NCBI RefSeq assembly: GCF_006345805.1
Contig: NC_043001.1
Span: forward strand, 107,694,001-107,758,000
DNA length: 64,000 nt
Direction: 5' to 3'
Source: Octopus sinensis
Taxonomy: Eukaryota
Under the pieces are notes generated by a model. It was not told the origin of the DNA and did no database searches. It saw only the letters and a program-made list of their open reading frames with translations. The position numbers and the translations under genes are program-made. Numbering within the stretch: the first letter of the stretch is position 1; each line of letters starts with the position of its first letter. Positions 49,201 to 61,799 of this stretch are shown here, piece by piece.

Positions 49201-49800
49201 TACAAAATATATTCCCTACCGTCTTCCATAGAATTAATATATAAGTGAAAGCTTAATAACCAGATTCATTCAATCTAAATATAGAAATTAAACACCAACA
49301 TTAAAATTAAACTGCAACAAAGAAACACATAAACCTATGTACATCTGCATCAGCATTTATAGTAAAGCTGCAATAATTAAATCATAAGCTAAATAGCAAC
49401 TAATCTTTAAGACTATACAAATAATAATCTCACCAGTCTTCCATTGTTACTACTATAATAAAAAAAATATGAAAGCTTTATATAATTCTCTCCAAAACAA
49501 AACAAACACGACTGAATCTAATTTAACGAATAATCAAATAATTATGAGTGATAATAATAATTATGTAGCGTTAATAATATAACAGTACATACTCATTAAT
49601 ATATATTTTACCCTATAATGTTAAGTTACCAGTAATCTTTAATTTTAAATTGCCAGTAACTAATAGAAACATTTAATTTCATTAAATAGGAACTAATAAA
49701 GATATGCTTGTAATTAACAATTATTATAAAACCTTGCTACGATTAAAGCTAAAATAAAACTATTTAAAATATAATAAAACTACAAAGTATTAGCACTTAC
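49200..49800 (-). pseudogene. NUMT segment, probable decayed nad6 (and possibly trnP)
   Basis: T/G-rich minus strand, ttagttgctatttagcttatg resembling LVMFAY; position between cob-like and nad1-like segments fits octopod mtDNA order. Confidence 0.3.
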
Positions 49801-49819
49801 ATGTTTTCTCAGACACGCA

Positions 49820-50915
49820 GTTCCATGACGAAGAACTTAAAAGACTCTCTTAACTATTAATGACGTAGTGCTTAATTACGACTTCCTCAATAGTCTCAAA
49901 CAATATTGGTGACGTAGTAGGCAAATAACTTGAATCGTAAACATTCCAAGCCTTTACAAATATTTGTTCAGTCCAAGACTAGATACTACCCCATATTTAT
50001 TTCAAATTTCAAGTTTCCTACCTAAACAGGAGTGGCTGTGTGGTAAGTAGCTTGCTAACCAATCACATTGTTCCGGGTTCAGTCCCACTGCGTGGCATCT
50101 TGGGCAAGTGTCTTCTGCCCTAGCCCCGGGCCGACCAATGCCTTGTGAGTGGATTTGGTAGACGGAAACTGAAAGAAGCCTGTCGTATATATATATATAT
50201 TATATATATATATATATGTGTGTGTATGTGTTTGTGTGTCTGTGTTTATCCCCCTAGCATTGCTTGACAACCGATGCTGGTGTGTTTACGTCCCCGTCAC
50301 TTAGCGGTTCGGCAAAAGAGACCGATAGAATAAGTACTGGGCTTACAAAGAATAAGTCCCGGTGTCGATTTGCTCGACTAAAAAAGGCGGTGCTCCAGCA
50401 TGGCCGCAGTCAAATGACTGAAACAAGTAAAAGAGTAAAAGAGTAAAAGAGTATATCTATATCCTTGTTTTACCAAATGTCTTAGCAGTTTATTTATTCT
50501 TTCCAAAATTTATTAGCATCATTAATAATAGTACTATATCTGATAATTTGCCCTGCAAAAACACCATAACCAATAAAAAAGGAATTCTACTACTAAACCA
50601 TGGTACTGAAGCCACTTGGAAACCAAAATCTTTTGTTTTATTATAATTGTTAGTACATATTTCATTATTATCCTTAATTACTAAATAGTAATTATTAAAT
50701 TTACATCTAAATAATGAATTCCTGAACTGTTATAAATTTTATCACAATATTTTTTTAATAAGTTCTAACAACTTTTAACGTATCATTAACCAATACAGAT
50801 AGCTGTTTATTTGTACAATTACTACCTCCTGCTAGGAATCTACTTTAAAAGGAACTTTATTATGTAATTTAGGAATCCCCAAAAGTTTAGGAATATTTTT
50901 ATCCTTTTCTTCGTA
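49820..50915 (-). pseudogene. nad1: NUMT segment, decayed nad1, interrupted by a SINE
   Basis: cgaagaaaagga...ggggattcctaaattacataataaagttccttttaaag (50843-50913) resembles [26 protein letters not shown]; gaggaagt...ttaatagttaagagagtctttta (49838-49888) resembles RGSYPR...LMSL.WKSFL. Confidence 0.55.
50027..50453 (+). mobile_element. SINE family A, young full-length copy inside the putative NUMT
   Basis: Highly similar to 32908-33328. Confidence 0.95.
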
Positions 50916-50963
50916 TACATATATATACATACATACTTACACACACATACACAAACACAGATA

Positions 50964-51008
<45 letters not shown>

Positions 51009-51199
51009 TCATAATGACCAATATATATATTGTTAATATATATATATAAACGTATATAAACAATACTGATCAACAATAATGTTAATTGCCCGTGGGAATT
51101 CTACGAGCTCATTATGAACGAAGAGAAGGAATTGAAAATACATTCAGATATAAAAATCCAATAGCATACAATAAGAAACGGCAGACAAGTGAAATCATC

Positions 51200-51885
51200 A
51201 TTTAATACTTGAGGTACAAGTCTGGTGATTACCAAATGTTTTTCACTGGCTATCGCTGCTATAACACTTCCCCTTCAACACCGTCAACAAATGTGTCGAC
51301 TAAATAAACAAACAACGACATACATTTGAAGGTGAACAAGCAGAAGGACTCCATCCCATAAATATCAGATTTTCGTAAAAGAAATAAATTTTTTTGCGTT
51401 AAGTGTAATTGTCTAATTCTTGTTTCTTGATGTTGCGTAGAATGTATGTGAGGGTGTGGGGGGGGCTGTGTAGCTTCCGCACAGTAAGAAATAAAACATC
51501 GCCAGAAATTTATCAGGTTGAAAAGTTCTCTTAACTTCCGTAGAAAATGAAGAAACAGGAAAATCAAGCATAGCTTTCACTTTCTCGTTGACATGAGGAA
51601 TTCTTTATTATTTAAAGATGTTTCGGAGAATCGATAAAGTTTAACCTCCAAACAAACATTTGATATGAAAATCTTTGTTAAGTCAGTCGTTCAAATAGTG
51701 AGCAAAGATGTCCTTCGTGGTCATCTTCAGAATTGCTACCGACTAATAGATCCTCCACGTAAGCGTAAAAGAAAGGCAAACCGCACTACGGAACATGTCG
51801 ATGAGACGTTGGAGAGTTTGTGCAGCGTAAACACATTTAAGTAGTGTCATGTCTGCGTTATTGAAGGCGGAAGTAGCTCTGCCTA
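51200..51885 (-). mobile_element. Ty3/Gypsy pol remnant (RT to RNase H)
   Basis: Minus: AAQTLQRLID...FYAYVEDLLVGSNSEDDHEGHLCSLFERL (YxDD region); LRKLRELFNLINFWRCFISYCAEATQP (cf. LRxFLGLxNFYRRFIPxCA); LVDTFVDGVEGEVL (cf. xDASxxxxGAVL). Confidence 0.85.
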
Positions 51886-52159
51886 TATACATATATGCAT
51901 ATATGCATATATACATATACATATATGCATATATACATATATGCATATACATATATGCATATATCCAAAGATGCCTATATACGTCCAGATATATACGTAC
52001 ATGTACTCACTCTCTCTATCACTGTCTCTCTCTCTGTCTCTCACTTTCTCTCTCTCTCTCTCTGTCTCTCTCACACACACATAGACACACTCATTTACGT
52101 GGAGGGTTTTCTGTGTATGTATGAATAATTGCGCGAGAGAGAAAGAGAGAGAGAGAGAA

Positions 52160-52211
<52 letters not shown>

Positions 52212-52329
52212 TGTGTGTTTGCGTGTAGTCGTGCGTGTATTTACGCTCATACAAAGATTTCCTATTTACATTTGAAGTATATCCCAATGACTTTTATAAT
52301 TTTCCCTAAGATACTTCCACACGTACATA

Positions 52330-52388
52330 TATATGCATACAGATAGATAGATAGATAGAAAGAAAGAAAGATAGATAGATAGACAGAC

Positions 52389-52458
<70 letters not shown>

Positions 52459-52480
52459 GTAGATAGATAGATAGATAGAT
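52330..52480 (+). repeat. (GATA)n microsatellite
   Basis: Directly visible. Confidence 0.98.
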
Positions 52481-52859
52481 AATTGAGTTGGAGACAGGCA
52501 TATAGACTATAAGCGAGGTACAGTAGTGTTCATACTTTAACCAAGCTTCCTTAATGAAGTTAACGAACAGTGACATTTTGCTTGTCTGAATTTCAGTAAT
52601 GAGACGAGACAGTGTCTAGAATGTCAGTGAAATGTTGGTCGTTTGCCAGTGTTAAATAGGAGAAAATCAGACTACGGTTTGTAGCAAACAATAACTCCGT
52701 TTTATCGTCATTATTCCAATTATGTAGAAGTCTATAGAAATGGACAGATGAGACACCGAACTGCACTGTGGGTATTTTGGTAAATCCCAGAGGAAAAATT
52801 GATTCTTATGAATTAAAATCCTTTGCTTTGGTCAGTTTTTAATAAACATTTATGACATG

Positions 52860-53180
52860 CGTAGATGTGACTGTGTGGCAAAAAGCTTTGTTCCCAACCA
52901 CAGGGTCCAGGGTTCAGTCCCACTGCATGGTAAATTGAGCAAGTACTTTGTAGTATAGCCTTGGGCCGACCAAAGCTTCGCGAATGGATTTAGTTGAAAG
53001 TAAACCGAAAGAAACCCGTGGTATATATTTATCTATGTATGTGTATGTGTGTCTTTGTGTCCGTGTTTGACCCCACTACCGCTTGACGATCGGTATTTGT
53101 TCGGATACGTCTTCGTAACTTAGACGTTCGGCAAAAGGCCTATGGAAAAAGTACCGGGCTTAAAAAAAAGTACTAAAAAT
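52860..53180 (+). mobile_element. SINE family A (degraded)
   Basis: gtgactgtgtggcaaaaagc...gggttcagtcccactgc... Confidence 0.8.
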
Positions 53181-53334
53181 ATTATCAAGGCTGTAGTCTA
53201 ATGAATAAAACAACTAAACTTCATTGGGATTTTTAAAGAATGCAGAAAGCAGAAACACATACAACATAGTCTATCCGATGCACTGGCAAATACTGGTTTC
53301 CTTTAAAAATAGCAAGAATATATACATTTATTCA

Positions 53335-53555
53335 TTTAATTTACGCTCGAGGCCTCTAAAGATAGTCACCCGGATTACATGGTGTATAAGTAATCGTGAT
53401 AACAACATTCCCCTTGAATGTGGACGCTGGTCGTTGTAAGGCCATGAATTCACGAGGGAGCGTAACAGGTCGATTACATTCGATACCTCTACTTGTCTGG
53501 TACTTTACTTTATCGAACCCGAAGTTATGAAGGGCAAAGTTGACCTCGGTGGGAC
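53335..53555 (-). mobile_element. SINE family B-related (degraded)
   Basis: ctggtactttactttatcgaacccgaagttatgaagggcaaagttgacctcgg. Confidence 0.7.
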
Positions 53556-53739
53556 CCAACACACAATACAATAACAAACTCTAGGAAGATGAGGAATAGG
53601 AAGAGGAAGAGGAGGATAGGTTGTAACGGTGGTTCTAGCAGTGGCGTGAGGAATATGGCGGTAGGTGCGGGAAGAAAGACACGTATTTAAGATGGAATAA
53701 CCATATTCAGCACAGTAGTTTTAGATTTTTTTTTAATGA

Positions 53740-53810
53740 TGATGATGTTAACTGCAATGATTTTGATATCAGTTCTGATCACAACGCGGTTCTTGCCTTG
53801 TTCTAGCTTT
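53740..53810 (+). mobile_element. Possible LINE APE C-terminal remnant
   Basis: DISSDHNAVLA resembles the APE SDH motif; little flanking support. Confidence 0.25.
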
Positions 53811-55254
53811 TGAATAATGCCATCTCCCTGACAATGATGCCAGCACACTAGAATCTATTGGGTGATGTAATCGGTGATGCTGTCAAGAGTTCTAGGAAAC
53901 CAGCGATGCTCTGCATTAGCAATAATTGATACACAACGGATTTAGTGTGAGAATTTGTTACGATAACGCTTGTGCTGACGTATTTCTGTTTAAATTTTGT
54001 TTAAATTAAATTTTGAAATCATTGAAGAATACTGAAGATAATGAAGAATGTCTTTTAAAGTAGTAATTCTAACATAAAATATCATTTTCATAGAATGTTG
54101 TAACTTAAATCATTCTAAAACGGAAAATTTGTATCATTGCATAGAAAGCATTTCTGAGTGGTGTAAAAAGAATTCACTTACCATGAGGAGAGAAAAATTC
54201 AACGCTTTGATAACTTGCCTTTTGTTAGACAGCGAGTAAAAGAAAACAGAGAAAATGGTGTTGATAAAGCAAAATTAAAAAAAAAAATAGTTTGGTATAG
54301 TTGTTGTTGCTGTTGTTGTTGTTGCTGTTATAGCTGTTGTTTTTGTTGTTTTTATTGTTGTTGTTGGTGGTGTTGTTGTTGCTGTTGGCTGCGGTTGAAG
54401 AAGCAAAACATTTCCTATTTAATTCACTCACAAATGGAGGGCAATAACCAAAACTATTAGATTCTCCGCCTCTTACGGAAGCTGAACTCATTTGTAAATA
54501 TTTCGAACTTTCCTGTCTGAAGAATGTGAATTATCCCTACCGAATGATTTTGGTTTAGTTTTTGGGTGGCCAGGACTGATCTGGGGTCGACAACGAAATG
54601 AATCCTTTCCAAAAGCATTGAAGAAATGTTAACATTGCTACCTCATAGCTTAAGGGGGATTTCATCGTTATTTCTAGCTTAAGTAATAGCCTTGCAGGTT
54701 TTCACTTTCGTACACTTTCCCTCTTAGGTTAAAGTTATGTAATTTTATTATTTTACTTTTCTTTTATTTCATTCAGAAGTTACGTACAAAAATATAATCA
54801 GAGAGCGACCCATTCTTGAAAATATGAGCAATTTTTAACCTTTCTCCCCGTTTAAGCTTTATAGCAATTTATTATTGCAGTAAATCACAATAAGATGTGC
54901 AGTAAATCACAGTAAATGATTGGCAAATACATTTAGTAATTCATGTTCGATTATCGATTGGAACAGCTTCACTTAGTTACAGATATTAAATTAGCAGTAA
55001 GATATTTAATGCACTACGTACGAAGAGGTTAATTAGTAATAAATATATGGCGAATACAAAGCAAAAATGCCATTCAATGTTAATAATATATCGATTTCTT
55101 AGCCAGTAAAGGGAATAACAACAGACACGTTTTGGGCTCCTTCGAAACTTTATAAGTAAAGCACGGCCCTTCAGTACACTTACCGATGTAAAAGCATATA
55201 TGAATAAGAAAATGTAATTGTACATTTATTCATCCATCAATACATACATGCATT

Positions 55255-55540
55255 CTCCTCCGCCCATTTCTCCTGGAGAGTCGTGGGAGTAGAGTATCGA
55301 AGCATCTCTCTCATAAAGTTCTATCGGTAGCTACCGCCATTACATTTTTCCGGTTGGGTTCCCAAACTTAGCTAACTGAGGCTACGGATACCATCCAACT
55401 ACCTTGTCCTTAATCAACCCCTTCGTCTCCTGCCAGTTGGCTCGGCTCCTAGAATCCATCACAGTAGTATCAGAGCTGTAACCTCTCGATACGGAAAAGC
55501 AGCGGCGCGACCTGGTGAAATTTCTTCATCTCCGAATTGC
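55255..55540 (-). mobile_element. RTE LINE 3' ORF2 remnant
   Basis: Minus: LLFRIERLQL...AEPTGRRRRG*LRTR*LDGI...LGTQPE... resembles RTE/Expander GxRxRGRPRTRWxD. Confidence 0.75.
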
Positions 55541-55569
55541 ACAACCTATCGCATAAAGTTATTACAACG

Positions 55570-55740
55570 ATGTTTTAGAAGAACCACATTTATTGATATC
55601 AAATTCCACCGGGGTCGATGTTGCCTTTCGTTCTTTATAGATCGATAGAATAATTACCAGTGATACATTGGGGTCGATGTAATCGACTAGTCCCCCTCCC
55701 CACAAAATTTGAGGCCGTGAGCCTCCGGTAGAAAATATTA
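55570..55740 (-). mobile_element. SINE family B-related fragment
   Basis: tcaaattccaccggggtcgatgttgcctttc...ggggtcgatgtaatcgactagtccccc; this sequence reads like the family B core, orientation uncertain. Confidence 0.5.
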
Positions 55741-55769
55741 TTATTATTATCATCATAATCACCGCAGGA

Positions 55770-55876
55770 GTTCATCCCACTGTGTGGCACCTTGGGCAAG
55801 TGTCTTCTACTATAGCCTCAAGCCGACCAAAGCCTTGTAAGTGAATTTGGTAGACGGAAACTGAAAGAAACCCGTC

Positions 55877-55914
<38 letters not shown>

Positions 55915-56160
55915 GTATGTGTGTGTATATATGTTTGTGTATCTGTGCTTTTCTCTCCAACGTCGCTTGTCAACCGATGCTGGTGTGTTTACGTCTCCAT
56001 AACTTAGCGGTTCGGCAAAAAGTGACCTATAGAATAAGTGCTAGGCTTACAAAGAATAAGTCCTGGGATCGATTTGTTCGATTAAAGGCGGTGGTCCAGC
56101 ATGCTGCAGTCGAAATGACTGAAAAAGTAAAAGAGTAAAAGAATAAAAGAATAAAAGAAT
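55770..56160 (+). mobile_element. SINE family A
   Basis: cccactgtgtggcaccttgggcaagtg...gactgaaaaagtaaaagagtaaaagaat. Confidence 0.9.
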
Positions 56161-56503
56161 AACGTAATTAATTGTCGTCGTGGTCGTCGTCGTGGTCGTC
56201 GTCTTGGTTGTCGTCGTGGTCGTCGTCGTGGTCGTCGTCGTGGTCGTTGCCATCGTCGTCGTCGTCGTTGTAGTTTCTTTGTTTTCCATGGCGGTTGGTG
56301 AACTTTGGATTCTCTCGGGTCAGACGTTCGTATACTGGATTTCTGACAATCTCGATATACCAAGTGATTTTGTTCTAAAAGCACGCGCCTTTCGGTTCCC
56401 TTACCAGTGTGGATACTGTTCAGCAATTTAAATTGGCACACACACACACACACACAAGTACACACACACACGCACACACACTCACAGACACACACACACA
56501 GAC

Positions 56504-56535
<32 letters not shown>

Positions 56536-57329
56536 GCACGCGCACACACACACACACACATACACGCACACACACACACACACACGCACACACACGCACA
56601 CACACGCACACACACACAACACGAACGTAATTTCATTCTAATAATATTTTGATTAGTTCCAGAGATAATTCTGTCTGTTATTTTCAGAAGAAATCTCTTC
56701 ACAACTAATTAGTTGTAACAGGTTCAGTTACACGAACTGAACCATTACGAAAGTAAAGAACATAACACACAGTACTTCCTAAAATTCTTCCAACTATTCA
56801 ATAATTTATTCTGTACATGTGAGAACAATACATGTTCGCATATGTCTGTGTACTCGCACATGTGCGTGGGCGTATGTCTCTGTGTACGGGAGTGCATACA
56901 TACGTCGATACACATGCATTACACATATGCACAGAATCTCTCGAAGTTTCAAAGTTCTTATATATATATATAATACCGGCTAATCTTATCGTTATTTCTA
57001 TTCTATTTTAACAAAACTGTCCGACAAACGGGAACTTGAAACTCTGAGTAACAGCTTTTGTTATATTTCTGCTGCTTTTAAATAAAGTATATGTATATAA
57101 TATATAGACTATTCTCGTTAATAAGGACGAAATTCTACAATGAATGGAGAAAGAAAATTGTGATATTTGCTTCCTATAATGGTAACGTATTTTTTATATT
57201 TATACAAAACGTGTGTTGGAATCCAAAGCCAAGGGTAGCCTTCAAATGTGTTTTCATCTAATGACTTTCAATCCAATAGTCTACATGGTATCAGTTGTAG
57301 TTTTATTTACTTCGCTTTCCACTGCAATC

Positions 57330-57655
57330 CCTAGGTGCAACCACATGTGTATGCTGTGTCCTGTTTCTGTGGAAGACATCAACCATGTGATTAGCAGCTG
57401 TCCTAAAATTTCGTCACGGTGCTACCCCCCTATGCGGCACGATGTTGTTGCTAAAACAATTTGCAATGACATCCGCAAAAAAGTATAAATTTAGAAAATC
57501 TCTCTGTTATGGGATGCATACATAAACACCAACTGAAAGAAAACTGGTGGAATATTCCGATCAAAACTTAGCTGCCGGATATTGTTGTTTGGAAAAGAAG
57601 GGGCAAATATATGTAACGTCATAGAGGTGAGCTGCCCTGCAGATATAAATAACTA
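57330..57655 (+). mobile_element. R4/Dong-like RLE LINE remnant: CCHC zinc knuckle plus endonuclease
   Basis: CMLCPVSVEDINHVISSCPKISSRCYPPMRHDVVAK (C-x2-C-x8-H-x4-C); NWWNIPIKT*LPDIVVW...VIEVSCPADIN. Confidence 0.88.
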
Positions 57656-57739
57656 CATACACTGTAGTATTTTTCACCTTTTAAATTTGACCAGCCACCC
57701 ATTTGGTAGCAAGGTTGTGGGGGAAAAAAACCTTTTAAC

Positions 57740-57817
57740 CATCATCCTTTAAATCTTAAGGTCTTCCAGATTTTTATAGCCCCAGATATCGTGATCAGTT
57801 GTAGCATATAAATTAAG

Positions 57818-57864
<47 letters not shown>

Positions 57865-58075
57865 CAAGATCCCAAATTCAGCCATACTTTGTTCCAGATG
57901 GATTGGTATGTATCCTATTGCTCCAATAATGATAGATATGAAACTGAAAGTATATATTGGTCCATGGATTTACAAACACCTTATCAATGGTCCATAGATG
58001 TCTTCTTTTTCTTGTATTTTTCTGATTACAAAGATGTCTGAAGCAGATGATTTCCACAGTAGAACGTGTCTTTTT
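57740..58075 (-). mobile_element. R4/Dong-like RLE LINE extreme C-terminus (opposite strand)
   Basis: Minus: IQEKEDIYGPLIRCL...FISIIIGAIGYIP...LQLITISGAIKIWKT, homologous to 20200-20330; (CT)n expansion inside. Confidence 0.8.
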
Positions 58076-58262
58076 TCTTTTGGGTCCACTAGGTTGTGCT
58101 TTAACTTAAAGGTTGTTTTAATGTTTAAAGATTAAAATCTTTCACTATGTGACGTATTTAACGTTTGTATATCGCTGGAAAATCAGAGACTGAAGAATTG
58201 TCTTGGAATTGGTGTTGATGATGATTTTATTGTTTAGCACCCTCTAAAATCTAAATGATGTA

Positions 58263-58510
58263 GAGGCGCGTGGATCAGTGGTTAGGGTGTCAGCATCATG
58301 ATCGTAAGATTGTGGTTTCAATTCCTGGACCGGGCGACGCGTTGTGTTCTTGAGCAAAACACTTCATTTCACGTTGCTCCAAACCACTCAGCTGCCAAAA
58401 ATGAGTAACGCTGCGATGGACTGGCGTTTCATCCAGCTGGGGAACACATACGCCACAGAAACCGGGAAACCGGGCCCGTGAGCTTGGCTAGGCTTTAAAA
58501 GGGCGCATTT
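58263..58510 (+). mobile_element. tRNA-derived SINE (family C-type head, different 3' body)
   Basis: gaggcgcgtggatcagtggttaggg...gtggtttcaattcctggaccgggcg...ccgggaaaccgggcccgtgagc. Confidence 0.8.
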
Positions 58511-58589
58511 AGTTTTTATTTGCAATCTAAATTATAGTAGCCTTGCTCATCTCGTATTTTATTTCTTCGGGCATAATTTGGCTTGCACT

Positions 58590-58941
58590 TCATTATCCAT
58601 TGCGTTCTTTTCTTTTCAACTAAATTGTAGCTTAAAGGAAAACTGGCTGATATTTCCAGCAACCACATCGAGATCCGCGTCCTCTTTCATAAAAGTACCT
58701 GTTAGTGGAGCAAACCACGAAGGGAAAAGTAATAGACGAATATTGTTCAAAAGGGTTGATATTTGTCAGAGTCTGTCAAGTCTGGTTCTGGAAGGTTATA
58801 GAAATAACGAGAGAACGAGACAATGTTGTTTTGAATGAGTTTCATTATTGCCATTATGTTCTTAGGAGATTGAAGAAAGACATGTTTGAAATATAAGAGC
58901 ATATTAAAAGGAAAATGGAACAGTGTTATAAATTCTTCCAC
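58590..58941 (-). pseudogene. Possible decayed class-A GPCR fragment (TM1-TM2, perhaps TM3)
   Basis: KNIMAIMKLIQNNIVSFSRYFYNLPEPDL resembles GNxxxIxxL...YxxNLAxxDL; later SMWLLEISASFPL weakly resembles TM3/ICL2; stops present. Confidence 0.2.
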
Positions 58942-60914
58942 CTCATGAATAATTTATCTTTGGTTCGGCTTTTGCAATTATGACGATATCGTTTATTCAA
59001 GCTTATTCATTTTATGGCAGAGTCTGTCATCTTTAGTATCTACTGTTCCTGAAATCTTCCTAACGCACATTTAGGATCCTTATAAACTAGCAAGCTTCGT
59101 AATTTGTCACCGAATATAAACTATAAAGAACTGAATCTATAATCGTCTAATATAGAAAATCTCTAAATTCAAGATAAAAAATCCGATTACTTTCAAATCA
59201 ATCACCTTATTTCACTCCAGAAGAGAATTTTTTTCTTTTTCTTTAACTTTTAAGTCACGTTGGTAAATCAGGATTTTTTGCCTAACTGGATAATAAATTT
59301 AAATCCCTGACATTAACTCAATAAGACGCATACCATGAAACAACTTTCGCATTTATCTTACTTAACGAATATCAACGTAAAGCATTAACACACATTTCAT
59401 GGCTTAAGTTCTTCATTACTCTAAACCAATGACGTCGTGGAAGCATTACCGCAATTATTACAGAACATACAAAAATGGTTGCACTCAGTTTTCATTTATT
59501 TCTTAATCGTATTGTTATGAAGCGCCAATAACGTTTCGCCGCAGCACAACAATCTGGAGATTGACATCTTTCAGCTCCAGCTGTGCTCAGGTGCAAGAAG
59601 AAAAATGCAATCTTCTGAGAAAGTATTAAATGTATCAGATTTTGTGAATTTTGTTGAATGTAATAAAATTACTGTTCCGTGAAGAAATTCTTTTATTTTC
59701 TACTTAATGTTTTCAGGTGAAATCACTTGCGAAAAATATTACCTTCGTTATACCTTTAAATTTTACCTTTAATTGCTACAGTCATTAGACCGCGGTCACC
59801 TTGAGCAATTTTTAGTCGAACGAACCGACAGCAACACTTTTTAAGCCTGTTGCTTATTCTATTGGTCTCATTTTGCCGAATTGCTAGTTACTGGTGGAAG
59901 TGAGAGGTGAAGAGAAAGAGAGAAGTGCTAAAGACATGAAGAGGATATTTACATGGTTAAAAACTATGCTGAAGCGGTAGAGAGAAGGAGAGAAGTATAC
60001 AGTGCTTAGGAGAGAGAAATTCTAAAATCATTTATTATTGTGAGTGGAACAGAAATAACTTAGCAAAATAAAAATAAAAATGTAAATCATACTTTCTTTT
60101 TTAAATAGCTTTTCTTAATCTTTATCGTTCTGTGCAATTTCCAAGGGACCTAGCAGTAATACTTAATGATATATATAATGTGCCTATAATAGATTTTTAT
60201 CCTCGTTTTATCCGTAATTTTATGTCGATCGTCTTATGTATAAAATAAATATGATGTTTATTTTTTATGACTACGATTTCGTTCCATAGTTGAAGCATTA
60301 CATACGTTGACCGTTGCAAAATAATACGATAGACTAATCTAAACACTGTTTGATGCTCGTTCCAGTCAACAGAGAATAAACAGTGTATTCCCAGAAAGAA
60401 ATGGTGCGGATTGTCTTTCAGTCTAAATAGCATTACTAGAATGTTCTTATCAACCGTTAAATAACCAAAAAAAAGTTTACTGAGAGACACAATATTTTGC
60501 AGTGGTGGCGGTTATTATTGTATTTTATTCCATTTTATTTCATTCTCTGGTAAAATTGCTTGCATTAAACTCCAGCCAAAATTAAATTTTGATGATGGCT
60601 GTGACCAGAATTTACAGAAGTCAGTTTATCAGGAAGACAATTTAAAACTAATTTAACTTTATTTAATTATCATATTTTAATTCTATTTAATATTAAACTC
60701 CGGTTTTTAACTGACGTTATAATACATGGTGAATATAAAATTATTGCTATATTAAAATCGCTTAATTTCTATTAATTGGTTTAAACTAATTACTGTGCTT
60801 CTGATCTTCAAGTTGACATCAACTCGGTTAAAATTATCTGTTGCTAGCCGATATCTACATGCAAACCATACACCACAGCCTGTTAGGTATATTGTTACGC
60901 GAGCATATTCTAAA

Positions 60915-61200
60915 TAAGATCATTCAAGAACGGAGCGGAGTGGACGATGTGATCGCAGAATACTGAAAGCGCATGTCCCGTTGGGCCGGACATGTCGCAA
61001 GGTTTAAAGTCAACAGCTGGACCCGTGCAGTTGCCGAATGGCATCTAAGAGATCGGAAAATGCTTATTGGAAGACTTCCACGAAGATAGGCAAACGTTCG
61101 AGGGTCGAGATGGAAAAGAATGGCGCAGTCAAGACAGAATTGGAAGTGCATTGTGGCCAGCGGTGTTTAAGAGCATCTGATTGTCTGTCGATACTTATGG
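60915..61200 (+). mobile_element. RTE LINE ORF2 C-terminal remnant
   Basis: IQERSGVDDVI...RWAGHVAR...SWTRAVAEW..RDRK..GRLPRR*...WKRMAQSRQNW matches RTE-1 RWAGHVAR / WxxxAQDRxxW. Confidence 0.88.
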
Positions 61201-61244
61201 TATTTATGTGTGTGTCTCTAGCACCGTCCTAATTCTAAGAAAAA

Positions 61245-61475
61245 GGCGGTGAGCTGGCAGAAACGTTAGCACGCCTGGCGAAATGCCTGGCGGTATTTCG
61301 CCTGCTGTTACGTTCTGAGTTCAAACTCCGCCGAGGTCACATTTGCCTTTCATCCTTTCGGAGTCGATTAAATAAGTACCAGTAAATCACTGGAGTCGAT
61401 ACAATCGACTTAATCCGTTTGTTTGTCCTTGTTTTTCCCCTCTGTGTGTAGCTCCTTGTGGACTGTAAAGAAATA
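61245..61475 (+). mobile_element. SINE family B, full length
   Basis: ggcggtgagctggcagaaacgttagcacgcc...gtaaagaaata. Confidence 0.92.
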
Positions 61476-61799
61476 AAAAATACTTCAGTATGATTTAACA
61501 CCTGAGTTTTATAGAGAGATACAATTTGCCGGTGCTTGAAGAATTTTTTGGATCTTAGGTGTTTTGATGTAGAATTAAAGACATATTTTGTAGTTTTAGT
61601 GAATTTGAAATTTTGAGTTAGGTGCTCTCCATGTGCAATGAGAACGATAAATTTTCCTCATGTGCATTGATTACATCATTTTGCTCTTGACGTTGAAATC
61701 GTTGGCATGATTCTAAGTTCGCATGCATTGGAGTAGTGCAGATTTGTGGTGATGTGTAGGTAACGCTTCACAATAGAAATTTCAGAGGATAATAGATTG

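Noticed and set aside
56082-56702. Longest ORF (206 aa) with an Arg-rich RRRP stretch
   Set aside because: Made of (CA)n and (GTC)n-type repeats plus a SINE tail
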